From a virus: a stretch of DNA of 64,000 bases. Below the pieces are notes generated by a model. That model did no database searches and was not told the origin of the DNA. It saw only the letters and a program-made list of their open reading frames with translations. Below are positions 1 through 9,505 of the stretch, piece by piece. The translations under genes were made by a program, and so were the position numbers. Where the stretch lies: positions 1 through 64,000 of IMG/VR virus record IMGVR_UViG_3300038425_000083; one strand, written 5' to 3'. Within the stretch, counting starts at the first letter, position 1. Each line of letters starts with the position of its first letter.

Positions 1-578
1 GGGATCACTCTCCACTTCAAGTTTCCCAGTTTGAGGCAGACATTAAAATTGCCGAGCAGTTGAAAGATGTTTATGTGGAGCGTGGTGGAGGTGGCAACAA
101 CTACGAGTCTTATATACTTCCCTGGTATTTTGCCTGGAAGCACACAAGCATCGACTGTTTTGAAAAGCGTGGGAAGAAAGGTTATCTCTTTACGATAGGG
201 GACGAAGAACCAACCCCGTCGATAAGTATTGCCAGAGTAAAACAGTTTGTTGGTGATACAATAACCCACGATCTTAACCCTGATGCTCTTCTGAAAGAAG
301 TTTCAAAGAACTATGAAGTCTATCATATAATGGTAGAACAGGGAAATCACTTCAAGTATCATGGAGAGCAAGTCTCTAAAGCATGGGTTAAGCTTCTCGG
401 ACAAAGAGCCATAAGACTTTCTGATGCAACGAAAGTAGCAGAGGTTATTGTGTCTGCCATTTCCGTTAACGAAGGAGCAAACAAGAAGTCTATTATCGAA
501 AGTTGGAAAGGCACCACGTCAAAGGTTGTGAAAGATGCAATCAAGGATTTGCCTGTTGGTGGTGTTGTTAGACTTTAA
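1..578 (+). CDS. vWA-domain protein, 5' partial
   Basis: Frame is open from position 3 (DHSPLQVSQFEAD...). GGGGNNYESY and LFTIGDE resemble the second half of a vWA/MIDAS fold. The N-terminus lies outside the window. Confidence 0.6.
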   Translation, partial: DHSPLQVSQFEADIKIAEQLKDVYVERGGGGNNYESYILPWYFAWKHTSIDCFEKRGKKGYLFTIGDEEPTPSISIARVKQFVGDTITHDLNPDALLKEVSKNYEVYHIMVEQGNHFKYHGEQVSKAWVKLLGQRAIRLSDATKVAEVIVSAISVNEGANKKSIIESWKGTTSKVVKDAIKDLPVGGVVRL

Positions 579-694
579 GAGAGCTATGGGACATCGACCG
601 GGGCGAAAGCCAGAGGTGATAGAGCGGGGCTATTACATACCGCCCCCGTCCGGCCGTTAGTCCCTGCTTCTGTGCTGGAACGAAAGGAGAAAAC

Positions 695-892
695 ATGTCA
701 GTAAACTTTTTGCAAGTCGGGGAAGAGTTAGAAACGAGATACTTGACTGATATAGGACAAGAATCCATTTATGCCTATGTTGGTAAATCAACTGGAAAAC
801 TTTTTGGATTCAAAATCTTCAAAGGTGGGGAAACCAGAACTATTTGGATGCACGACATCGATAGGATGAAACAAATTCTTGCGGAGATGTGA
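695..892 (+). CDS. hypothetical protein
   Basis: 65 aa ORF with AAGGAG SD upstream. Confidence 0.6.
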   Translation: MSVNFLQVGEELETRYLTDIGQESIYAYVGKSTGKLFGFKIFKGGETRTIWMHDIDRMKQILAEM

Positions 893-1105
893 TATGAAAG
901 AGAAGAGATGTCCTAAGTGTGGTTCGGAAAGAGGTGGCTGGGCTATGGTGGGATGGTGGTGTTCTATCTGTAAAGAACTTTTCACAGATAAAGAAATGAT
1001 GGACAACCTGACGGAATCCCTAATAGAAAGGTATTCAGATAATCCACCTGAACATAATAAGCCTGGAAGAGACGGTCATACCGACGAAACAGGAAAGATT
1101 GTAGA

Positions 1106-2326
1106 ATGAGAAAAGCGACGGTCATCATAGGAGCTAACTTCGGAGATGAAGGCAAAGGTCTAATGACCGATTACTTTGCGTCGCCAGGGACTCTTGTCGT
1201 CAGATTTAATGGTGGGGCTCAGGCAGGGCATACGGTCATAAGAGGGGATAAACGCCATGTCTTCGGGCATTTCGGATCGGGCACTCTTGCCGGGGCTCCA
1301 ACTTTCTTAAGCAAATTTTTTGTTGTCAATCCAATCCTTTTGCAAAGAGAGGCAAGAGAGTTAGAAATGATAGGCATTAAACCTACTCTCTTCATAGATG
1401 ATAACTGTAGAGTTACCACACCTTTTGAAATGGCTTTGAATCAATCTATTGAAGATTCCAGAGGAGATAACAAACATGGAAGTTGCGGAGTAGGATTACA
1501 TGAAACAATCCTCCGTCATTCTGTTATTCCTTTAACAGTTAGTGATCTTTATGTAAGGTCTCGTGTGGAGACAGCACTTTATCTAATTAGACATGAATAT
1601 CAGGATCATAGATTAAAAGAAATGGGTGCAAATTATTCTGTTAAGATTTCGGACTACTTAAGAACTGCTTCAGAAAGATTTATGGAAAGTGTGGAGTTTC
1701 TGCTTGATACTTATAATCATCCGCACATTTTTCCTCTTAATCAGTTTGAGGATTTTATTTTTGAAGGAGCTCAGGGATTACTTTTAGATGCAAACCATAA
1801 ATTCTTTCCTCATGTAACTTGTTCGAAGACTGGGTTGCATAATGTTTCTATGATTATTAATGATTTTTTCCCAACTATTGGCCTAGACAAGCTTGAAGTT
1901 GTATATGTAACAAGATGTTATTTAACAAGGCATGGTAAAGGGCCGCTTCCTCATGAAGTTGGAATGTCGGAAATTTTAAAGAGAGAAGTTGATGAGACCA
2001 ATGTTGCAAATAAGTATCAAGGAGAATTTCGGTATGCCTGGCTTGACCTTAATTTACTTTCAGAAACAATCTATAATGATTGTAAATGGATGAAAGTCCC
2101 AAGAACTTTAGCCATAACTTGTTTAGACCAAATGAGCCCAGGCAATCATATGGAAGGCCTAATAGGTTACTACAGAGATAATCGGTTTTTTTATTCCTCT
2201 TGCGGAGATTTTATAATAGAAGTTTTAAGTTTTATTAGATTGAACAACGAGCATTTCAAAAGAGGTTCAGGTTTAAGTTACGCAAGCTTTGGGCCAAGAA
2301 AAGAAAACATTATTCACGCTGGATAG
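1106..2326 (+). CDS. adenylosuccinate synthetase (PurA)-like protein, divergent
   Basis: Motifs GANFGDEGKG, RFNGGAQAGHTV, FEGAQGLLLD, FPHVT and YLTRHGKGP. The Asp-binding loop is non-canonical. Confidence 0.85.
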   Translation: MRKATVIIGANFGDEGKGLMTDYFASPGTLVVRFNGGAQAGHTVIRGDKRHVFGHFGSGTLAGAPTFLSKFFVVNPILLQREARELEMIGIKPTLFIDDNCRVTTPFEMALNQSIEDSRGDNKHGSCGVGLHETILRHSVIPLTVSDLYVRSRVETALYLIRHEYQDHRLKEMGANYSVKISDYLRTASERFMESVEFLLDTYNHPHIFPLNQFEDFIFEGAQGLLLDANHKFFPHVTCSKTGLHNVSMIINDFFPTIGLDKLEVVYVTRCYLTRHGKGPLPHEVGMSEILKREVDETNVANKYQGEFRYAWLDLNLLSETIYNDCKWMKVPRTLAITCLDQMSPGNHMEGLIGYYRDNRFFYSSCGDFIIEVLSFIRLNNEHFKRGSGLSYASFGPRKENIIHAG

Positions 2327-2334
2327 GAGGTATT

Positions 2335-2631
2335 ATGACTGAAAAGAAATTCCTCAAAAACTTTAGAAAGCATTGTGAGATAGCAAGGGATTTAAAACTA
2401 ACTCACAAAAGTAAGATGGCCTGGGCTATCGAAAATGATGTTTGTCCATTTCGGTGTGATCTTTGTGGATATTATAGTGATAACTACAATGCTGGAGTTA
2501 ATATTTGTGCGTGTCACAAATTAAAAAAATTAGCTTCCTATAATAACAACGCAGAGATGTTTCTTGATGTCTCGGCTGTTACAAGAGTTATCATGCTCTC
2601 TATTTTAAAATCTGTTCCGTGGAGGAAGTAA
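2335..2631 (+). CDS. hypothetical Cys-rich protein, paralog of 5326..5643
   Basis: SD AGGAGG. N-terminus MTEKKFLKNFRKH matches MTEEQFLKGFRKH, and both have CPF. Confidence 0.6.
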   Translation: MTEKKFLKNFRKHCEIARDLKLTHKSKMAWAIENDVCPFRCDLCGYYSDNYNAGVNICACHKLKKLASYNNNAEMFLDVSAVTRVIMLSILKSVPWRK

Positions 2632-2714
2632 GGCCACCAAAATTTTATGGCTGATTTTTATTTGATGCTGATTTTGCTATTGATTAGTGCATGGATGGAG
2701 CTATTTAGATATAA

Positions 2715-2789
2715 GGCTGGTTAGTTCAACGGTTAGAACGAGCGACTTATAATCGCTTAATAGTGGTTCAAATCCATTACCAGCTACCA
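2715..2789 (+). tRNA. tRNA-Ile (anticodon UAU)
   Basis: Acceptor GGCTGGT/ACCAGCT, anticodon arm AGCGA-CTTATAA-TCGCT (TAT at 2748-2750), T-loop TTCAAAT, discriminator A, encoded CCA. Confidence 0.9.
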
Positions 2790-2796
2790 GAAAATT

Positions 2797-3147
2797 ATGG
2801 TAAACATCTTAGATAATAAAGAGAAAGTATTCAACGCAAAATACTTGAAAATGTTTGATGAAATGTCGAGTGTTCCTGAGCAGGGATTTTATGAAGTTAA
2901 GGAGTACAAGATGCCAAGCGAAATTTTAGAACGGCTGGGGAAGGCTATTAATGGTGAGTTTCCCGATCTTGACTTAGCTATCCAAGATTCAAAGATAAAT
3001 GTCAAAGAGGGTCATCCTCCAAGCTACAGGCTTTCGTTTAAATTAGAACTCACGACTACCGACCTAAGAAATTTTCAAAAACCGATACATGCAAGAAGAG
3101 TTATGAAAATAGACAAGGAGAAGAAAGATGGCGATAAGGTGGGATAA
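2797..3147 (+). CDS. hypothetical protein (RRVMK variant near C-terminus)
   Basis: 116 aa ORF in a tightly packed + strand array. Confidence 0.6.
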   Translation: MVNILDNKEKVFNAKYLKMFDEMSSVPEQGFYEVKEYKMPSEILERLGKAINGEFPDLDLAIQDSKINVKEGHPPSYRLSFKLELTTTDLRNFQKPIHARRVMKIDKEKKDGDKVG

Positions 3148-3343
3148 ATTAAAGGGAGGTGGCTATCCTGAGAAATGCGATGGCTGCGGAGTAAAATTTG
3201 AGCTTGAAGATATGGTTTGTATAGAACGAGAGGTTAATGGCGTATTTCATAACAAGATTGAATGTTATCGGAAGTATGCCAAGATGAATCCAGATACGCA
3301 ATACATAGAGACTTGTGTTGAGGAGGAGGAAAGTGGCTGTTAA
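3128..3343 (+). CDS. hypothetical Zn-finger protein
   Basis: CDGC...FH...C pattern; overlaps neighbours in operon fashion. Confidence 0.5.
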   Translation: MAIRWDKLKGGGYPEKCDGCGVKFELEDMVCIEREVNGVFHNKIECYRKYAKMNPDTQYIETCVEEEESGC

Positions 3344-3530
3344 GTATGAAATCACCACAAAAAGATACTCTCCCTTTGAAGACACTAAAATGAGAGAGGC
3401 TGTCTTAGCTGTACTATCAAGTATTTCTTTTGAAGATCATGTCCATATCTTAATAGAAACTGTGGAACCAGGCAATCCCTCATCCCCTGGCTCTGGTAAT
3501 CCAGATGCATCAAGGAGAGTTATAAGATGA
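3333..3530 (+). CDS. hypothetical protein ending in RRVIR
   Basis: GTG start after GGAGGA; C-terminal RRVIR then stop. Confidence 0.6.
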   Translation: MAVKYEITTKRYSPFEDTKMREAVLAVLSSISFEDHVHILIETVEPGNPSSPGSGNPDASRRVIR

Positions 3531-3538
3531 AGAAAAAT

Positions 3539-3615
3539 TCAGGGGTAGGCTAATCTGGTAAGCCACAAGGCTTTGAACCTTGCGATTGGAAGTTCGAACC
3601 TTCCCCCCTGAACCA
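3539..3615 (+). tRNA. tRNA-Gln (anticodon UUG)
   Basis: Acceptor TCAGGGG/CCCCTGA (U1-A72), anticodon arm CAAGG-CTTTGAA-CCTTG, T-arm GGAAG-TTCGAAC-CTTCC, encoded CCA. Confidence 0.92.
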
Positions 3616-3808
3616 GTTTAAGGAAAGCTATGAAAAATCTAAAATCGGCAACTGATTTTGAAATTTATCTTATGAGGGATGCAATTCAGACGTTCAATTA
3701 TATCAGATCATCTAAAGTGTCTCGAAAAATGGAAAGTCAACTAGACAAAGAATTTAAGCGAAGAGGTATAATTGTTCCGCTTGCCTGGGACTTATCCCCC
3801 GGAACGTT

Positions 3809-3836
3809 TTGACATGTAAAATTGTTAAAATATGAT
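3809..3836 (+). promoter_or_regulatory. sigma70-type promoter
   Basis: TTGACA (3809-3814), 16-nt spacer, TATGAT (3831-3836); a TATAAT also lies at 3853-3858, upstream of ORF 3866. Confidence 0.55.
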
Positions 3837-3865
3837 GGCAATTTTGTTTAATTATAATAGATTAG

Positions 3866-4186
3866 ATGAAATCGGAGGTGTCTATGGAAGTAAAAACTGA
3901 TGTTAGCCAAGTCTTAACTTTTGATAAAGGTCAAATACTCGACTATGGGAAAGCAGAGTTTTACAATGGATATCTTCAAAGAGTTACATTTAGATTTAAA
4001 GGTCAAGAGACTGGTTTCGATCTTCGTGGTATAAGCGTTGATTCGTTAAAAGAACTTAGAAGCTTCATAGATCAGGTTGTGAATTTTGCAGAGGGTAATC
4101 AAAAATCGGTAGGAGAACAAATTGCTGAGCATAAAGATAAACTTCTCAGAAGAGTTATTGTTACAGAAAATAAAGGAGATCACTAA
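3866..4186 (+). CDS. hypothetical protein (RRVIV near C-terminus)
   Basis: 106 aa ORF; alternative start at an internal Met after GGAGG. Confidence 0.6.
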   Translation: MKSEVSMEVKTDVSQVLTFDKGQILDYGKAEFYNGYLQRVTFRFKGQETGFDLRGISVDSLKELRSFIDQVVNFAEGNQKSVGEQIAEHKDKLLRRVIVTENKGDH

Positions 4187-4426
4187 ATGTATGTCTTAAT
4201 GATTTCCTATGATTGCGGCATCTATTATCAAAAGGATCAAGAAGCTGAAACGATTGATTTGCTTCGCCCAGCAATGGAAAAGGCCGACAAGGAAATGCTT
4301 AGATGGTACATTGAGAAAGATGGTAAAATGGACTTTGAAGAAATGTCAAGCATCCACAAACAGATAGTTGATACACTCGAAAAGTTGAACAGGAAAAACA
4401 GATCACAGAGAAGGATTATAAGATAG
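4187..4426 (+). CDS. hypothetical protein ending in RRIIR
   Basis: SD AAGGAG; abuts the previous stop codon. Confidence 0.6.
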   Translation: MYVLMISYDCGIYYQKDQEAETIDLLRPAMEKADKEMLRWYIEKDGKMDFEEMSSIHKQIVDTLEKLNRKNRSQRRIIR

Positions 4427-4435
4427 AGGTGTAAA

Positions 4436-4615
4436 ATGTCAATGGAAGGAATTAAGAAGGCAGCAGAAGTTTTTTCTTTATTGCAAGAGACAAGAATAGA
4501 ACTTATCGACATGGGGGCCAAGAATAATGATCATCAGGATTTACGTTTAGGCCAGATGCTCGAAGATGGAAAGAACGCCATGAAGCATAAGTTCGAAAAG
4601 ATAACATTGGAGTAA
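4436..4615 (+). CDS. hypothetical protein (59 aa, not in the ORF track)
   Basis: MSMEGIKKAAEVF...KITLE, GAGGTG SD, fills the gap between ORFs. Confidence 0.55.
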   Translation: MSMEGIKKAAEVFSLLQETRIELIDMGAKNNDHQDLRLGQMLEDGKNAMKHKFEKITLE

Positions 4616-4628
4616 TTGGGTAAGAGTA

Positions 4629-5243
4629 ATGCCGGAAGAAAATGTCCACGATTTTTCTAAAGAGCTTGACCCTCTCTTATCTGAAGAGGTTAGAGAGGCA
4701 ATAAGTATCAAAGTTTTAAATACCATCGGTTATTACAAGATCAACAACTTACTTCTTGAGTGTAAAGGTGTTGACCCTTTTGCTGAGGAAGAAATCGATT
4801 TAGATGATGAGTATTTTGGAACTTATGAAGTTAAATATCTCGGAATAACATTCTATAAATTGACACAGAAAGAAACCGCTCTTAAAGAGATGGCAAGAAA
4901 ATTGCAGGTAGTTTATGATACATATGGTATAGTCGGATGTCTTTCGCTATGCCTTGGATTAGACCTTTGTGGTCCGGAAGCTGTAACATCTCCTACCGAT
5001 CCTAATTGGGATTATAAAAAAGAACCGATTGGGCCTGGAACTTGGGGATGGGGAAAGACTAAAGAAGAACAGGATAATCTTCGAGATAGATGCGTCATGC
5101 TAAGCTATCCTGCTTTAGATTCTGAAGTGGCTCAGACAATTACAGGTGAACAAATTTTTATCGAAGAAGGGACTCTTCCTCCGGTATTGGAACAACCTTT
5201 GTTTGAAGAAGATGGCGAAGCTTACACTTTAAGGCCAGTGTAG
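4629..5243 (+). CDS. hypothetical acidic protein
   Basis: 204 aa ORF. Confidence 0.6.
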   Translation: MPEENVHDFSKELDPLLSEEVREAISIKVLNTIGYYKINNLLLECKGVDPFAEEEIDLDDEYFGTYEVKYLGITFYKLTQKETALKEMARKLQVVYDTYGIVGCLSLCLGLDLCGPEAVTSPTDPNWDYKKEPIGPGTWGWGKTKEEQDNLRDRCVMLSYPALDSEVAQTITGEQIFIEEGTLPPVLEQPLFEEDGEAYTLRPV

Positions 5244-5325
5244 TTATGATAAAACGTATAATAATGCTTATTATTAGTGCTTTAATGTTGGGAACAGTGA
5301 TCGCTTTGATCATAAGGGGGATACT

Positions 5326-5643
5326 ATGACAGAAGAACAATTTTTAAAAGGGTTCAGGAAGCATGTTGTAATGTTTAGTAAAAAGATTTCATCTAAGCAG
5401 ATGATAAAAAATATACGAAGTAATACTTTAGACCCTCCATGTCCGTTTTATTCATCAAGATCGGGATATTATTGTTTAGGAAAGAATGGAAAAGTTACGA
5501 TGTGGAATTCCGATAAGCTGGCAACGTCTTATCGTGAACATGTTTCTTATTGGGTTAACCACAGGGATGAGGCAGTAGGGTATATTGAATATACCTCTCT
5601 CAAAAAGAGGATGATTAAAATAATAAAAGAGGAGGTGATATGA
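5326..5643 (+). CDS. hypothetical protein, paralog of 2335..2631
   Basis: Shared N-terminus and CPF motif. Confidence 0.6.
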   Translation: MTEEQFLKGFRKHVVMFSKKISSKQMIKNIRSNTLDPPCPFYSSRSGYYCLGKNGKVTMWNSDKLATSYREHVSYWVNHRDEAVGYIEYTSLKKRMIKIIKEEVI

Positions 5644-6228
5644 ATGGGACAATCAAAAATTAATATTGAAGAAGAAGTGAAAGAACAGAAGGACGAAGCA
5701 GAGAAAGAATAAGAGGCGAGTTAATGGATTCAGGACACAAGAGACAATATAATCGTATCTCAAGGTCGATGAGTGAGATAAACGAGGAAGTTGCAAAGAT
5801 TTCGGAAGCAGGCCTTAAAGATGATCTAAGCTCTCTACTGACAGAAAATAGTGTTAAAGCATTTTGCGATTGGCTTTGTGGTCTAACAGATATTTCTTTG
5901 TCGAGTGGTATGGAATTGGCAAAGTTTGCTGTCGAGTCAATGCAAAAGGGAGTTCCAGAAGAAGATGTCAATGAGTTTTTAGGTGGTAAGTTGAAGGACA
6001 TGATAATAGAAGATTTGAAAAAGATAGGAGGTTAAAATGGACTCAATTCACAAGGCGACACTCATTGGAACGATTGTTATCTCTATCCTGATTGCTATTG
6101 TGTCAATTAGCCTTTATGCGATTTCATGCAAGCGTCAGATTGAGATGGCAAATGCTGGATTCGAGCAGGTTCAAACTATAGGGCATAGTGATTACGTCTG
6201 GCAAAAAATTAATAAATAGGAGGATAAA

Positions 6229-6588
6229 ATGACAGCTAAAATTACTTTAGGGGTGATAGGATTTTTTGCTCTATTGGTAGTTTTGTATGCCGTAGGGCTA
6301 TTCAAGTCTAATGTGACTGACACAGCTTTTGTCAGGTATGAAGAGTTTCAAGAAATATTTAATACCTGCCAGAAACTTAATACCGATCTTGGTATCATTA
6401 AGAAACTACCGGATAATGATAAGATGTTTGAGCAATTTTCCAAGGTTCAACGGGTAGCAACCCTTCAACAACAACTCAATAGATGGGTTGAGGATTATAA
6501 TGCTAAATCTAAAATGTGGAATAGGTCTCTATGGAAATCTCAGACACTTCCTTATCAGTTAACAGTTAACCAATTCCCAAACTACTAA
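6229..6588 (+). CDS. membrane-anchored coiled-coil protein
   Basis: N-terminal TM helix, helical body ending ...VEDYNAKS; SD AGGAGG. Confidence 0.65.
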   Translation: MTAKITLGVIGFFALLVVLYAVGLFKSNVTDTAFVRYEEFQEIFNTCQKLNTDLGIIKKLPDNDKMFEQFSKVQRVATLQQQLNRWVEDYNAKSKMWNRSLWKSQTLPYQLTVNQFPNY

Positions 6589-6601
6589 AAAGGAGAAGAT
6601 T

Positions 6602-7165
6602 ATGAAAAAGGTCATTCCATTGTTGTTAGTTTTATTGTTGTTTGCGTTTGTTTTCGGATGCGAAGATCGAGTCCGCAACACTTCTGCAAAGGATGAGCAA
6701 GCTCTGACTGAAATTAACCAAAGAAATCTTTTGGCTGTTCAGCCGCCTCCCAGGTTATCGTGGAGTTTGGAAAGAGATAACTTGATAAAAAGATTCAAAC
6801 TCCAGAACGATAGAACCGTAATGTTCTTTATGTATATCTTCATTGAAGGTGTTGCCGATCCCATTGGCTATTATCAGGTTAACAAAGTTTCTTCGGTCAA
6901 TTCCCAACTAACCAATACTCAACAAATTGTCTGGTCTAGCGGTCATGCGGCTGTGTTGCCTTCTCCTGCAGAAGACGGGAGCTATGGGGAGAACGGTAAT
7001 GGTGTGTTTGGGTTTACTCCTGAAGACATCTACATTGAACATAACATGAAGTATATCTGTTCAACGGTTCCTTTATCTTTTAGGCATCCGGTTATCAGGT
7101 TAACAGTAATTGATATTGCCACAGAGAAACAGCTGAAAGAGATGATGGACAAACTTAAAAAATAG
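6602..7165 (+). CDS. putative lipoprotein
   Basis: Signal peptide MKKVIPLLLVLLLFAFVFG-C with lipobox-like Cys; SPAEDGSYG motif. Confidence 0.65.
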   Translation: MKKVIPLLLVLLLFAFVFGCEDRVRNTSAKDEQALTEINQRNLLAVQPPPRLSWSLERDNLIKRFKLQNDRTVMFFMYIFIEGVADPIGYYQVNKVSSVNSQLTNTQQIVWSSGHAAVLPSPAEDGSYGENGNGVFGFTPEDIYIEHNMKYICSTVPLSFRHPVIRLTVIDIATEKQLKEMMDKLKK

Positions 7166-7507
7166 GAGAGTAAGATGTTGTCAATAGAATTTCTAAATGA
7201 TGGAACAGGGGATGAAGAAACAGGGAACTATAGATGGGCTGTCAGGGTTAATGGGATAACCTTGATAGCAGGCCAGCTTAAAGGGCATAATCGTCATACC
7301 GGTTGGGAAGGGTTAGTTAAATGGTTTGCTGAAAACTTAGAGGAAACATGGGTTAATGCAAAGATGAAGAACCTCCCGGATGGAAAGGTCGTATGGGAAT
7401 GTGATAAGTGCGGAAGAGTTGAAAGAGACAGATTTGCTTGTGCACACCAAAGATGAAAGGAGATAGAACAAGATGATTGCCATTATTAAGAAAGTACAGA
7501 AAAACAA

Positions 7508-7741
7508 ATGAGCTCACGTCTAGAGACTTACGAAAATAGCAAATCGCTTTGTAAAACGTGCGGAAGAAGTTTGTGTAAACGAGAGAAAGACCTTGATTCA
7601 GAAACTGAGTACATTTACAGAACCATACATTGTGGATTTTTGGGAAGGGATGTCCATATCAATTTAGAAATCATAGAATGTAATAGATATACCCCTGACG
7701 AAGCAGAAGAGAAGGTTAAAGTCAGAAGAAAGATAAGATAA
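7508..7741 (+). CDS. hypothetical Cys-rich protein ending in RRKIR
   Basis: CKTC...C...C pattern. Confidence 0.55.
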   Translation: MSSRLETYENSKSLCKTCGRSLCKREKDLDSETEYIYRTIHCGFLGRDVHINLEIIECNRYTPDEAEEKVKVRRKIR

Positions 7742-7830
7742 GAATTTTGATGGTTGACAAAAGATAGTAGTTGGCTGAGGTTTCACTTTACTTAGACGTT
7801 AGAAATTTTTTATGGAACAGATGATTTTTC

Positions 7831-7860
7831 TTGACAACTTATTCATCTTTGTGATATGAT
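7831..7860 (+). promoter_or_regulatory. sigma70-type promoter with extended -10
   Basis: TTGACA (7831-7836), 18-nt spacer, TGn-TATGAT (7855-7860); ATG at 7867. Confidence 0.65.
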
Positions 7861-7866
7861 TTTAGA

Positions 7867-8829
7867 ATGAAAATAAAAATAGAAAAAATTGAAAGTAATC
7901 CTTTCCGTCCAAAAGATGCTCCTCTCGATGAGGAACGAATCATCCGATTAGAATCTACAATTAAGTCTTCCAAGTTTTGGAAGAACGTAGCTGTTAGAGT
8001 CCATCCAACAAAACCGGGAAAATTCCAGTTAGCTTACGGTCATCATAGGTTAGAAGTTTTAAAACGTCTTGGCAAGACCCGAGAAGATTTCATTGTTCTA
8101 AAGCTGGACGATGAAACAATGCTCAAGATGATGGCTCAGGAGAATGGAGATTGGGGTTCTTCTGTTAAATTCAGGATGGATATGGTTAAAATAACCTATG
8201 ATTTCCTGAAAGAAAGAGGGAGACTGAAAGGGTCAGAGATAAAGATGCTATCAGAGTTCCTAACTTGGACAGAACATGCAATAACTATAATTCTTGCACA
8301 ACTTAGAGCAACCGGACAGATCGAAGAAACAAAAGGAAATAAAGTCTTCCAGGTCGAAAAAAAATTGCTCGAGTCAATGCCAAATACAAGCTTTGCCGAA
8401 ATATTCAGAAAAACATCATCCCAACTGAAGGCCTCCTCTGATATTCAAGAGAAGATAGCAAAAAGGTTACTTGTTGATCATTCAAAGCCAATGAATGATC
8501 CTACCAGGTTTAGGACAGGAAACTCTGCTGGAATGGATTATGTTAAACGTCAAATCGTTCAAGAGTTTGGAGCGAAGAAGGAAAAGACAATTCATGAATT
8601 AGCCTTAGAGTTGAATGAAGTCAACGTTTCTCTTGAAGTTCTTGAGCGAAAGATTGGAGGTTTTGTCCTAAAGGTCAAAGGTTATAAGAAGCAAGATGTT
8701 AATCTCAATATATCTTCTATCAAACTTCGTATAGTCAACTTGCTTAATTCCTTGAAAGGGCTATGGAAAGTTTTTGATGGAGATATTGGAGAAATAAAAA
8801 GAATCGAAGGAGGAAAAGATGTCAAGTAG
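7867..8829 (+). CDS. ParB/Srx N-terminal domain protein
   Basis: IKIEKIESNPFRP...LESTIK...FQLAYGHHRLEVLKRLG...AQEN is a ParB N-terminal pattern. Confidence 0.75.
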   Translation: MKIKIEKIESNPFRPKDAPLDEERIIRLESTIKSSKFWKNVAVRVHPTKPGKFQLAYGHHRLEVLKRLGKTREDFIVLKLDDETMLKMMAQENGDWGSSVKFRMDMVKITYDFLKERGRLKGSEIKMLSEFLTWTEHAITIILAQLRATGQIEETKGNKVFQVEKKLLESMPNTSFAEIFRKTSSQLKASSDIQEKIAKRLLVDHSKPMNDPTRFRTGNSAGMDYVKRQIVQEFGAKKEKTIHELALELNEVNVSLEVLERKIGGFVLKVKGYKKQDVNLNISSIKLRIVNLLNSLKGLWKVFDGDIGEIKRIEGGKDVK

Positions 8830-9307
8830 TTATTCAGCTGAGAGCGATAGGATTTGGCAGGTGTGTTGCAGGCTCCCAATAATGGGATGGAGATGGAGAG
8901 AGTTCTTTGAGGCTATAGACGTAACAGTTTCTACCGATCACCGAAAGTTTCGGGAGGACAGAAATCAAATCGTAGCAAATCTTAGAAAACGATGCGAGAA
9001 AGAGAAGGTTAGCTGGCGAATCAAAAACGTCTATAACGCTGGGGTTGAAAAGGTTGAAGACGTTGCCGGGGTCAATAATGATATTGAGCAATCGGACAAG
9101 AAGGTCAAAGCCGTAACAGCCACGGCCCAGGAACGTATGGAAGCCTGGGTTGAATCCGAGGATATTGATCCCGATGCCAAAAGACTTGCCAGTGCGAGAG
9201 TAGTTAAGTATGAAGGATTGGCTGAGATAGCTGAGAATATCGACAAGATAACCAAAAAGATGGTAAGGAACATCGAGAAGGTAGTTAGAGGAGAAAAGAA
9301 CGAATAA
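8819..9307 (+). CDS. hypothetical protein
   Basis: 162 aa ORF coupled to the ParB-like gene; SD GGAGG. Confidence 0.6.
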   Translation: MSSSYSAESDRIWQVCCRLPIMGWRWREFFEAIDVTVSTDHRKFREDRNQIVANLRKRCEKEKVSWRIKNVYNAGVEKVEDVAGVNNDIEQSDKKVKAVTATAQERMEAWVESEDIDPDAKRLASARVVKYEGLAEIAENIDKITKKMVRNIEKVVRGEKNE

Positions 9308-9505
9308 GATGAATAACCCACCAAGATGAATTAAAGGCTATCGGTTGTCCTGACGTTAATTATGATCTGTGAGTGATCCAACATAGTTGGGAAGGCGATA
9401 GCCGCCTACCTCAGATAGCCAAAATATCCTACCAGATGAAGTCCAGAAAGATGAAGAATCTTAATGGACTTTTCTCACTCAAATAAGGCCGTCACGTAAG
9501 TATTG

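Noticed and set aside
581-670. Hammerhead ribozyme or tRNA
   Set aside because: No CUGANGA core in the required arrangement and no T-loop or cloverleaf.
1106-2326. PurZ / 2-aminoadenine DNA system
   Set aside because: GDEGKG keeps the PurA Asp, and no DatZ- or MazZ-like partner was recognised in the window.
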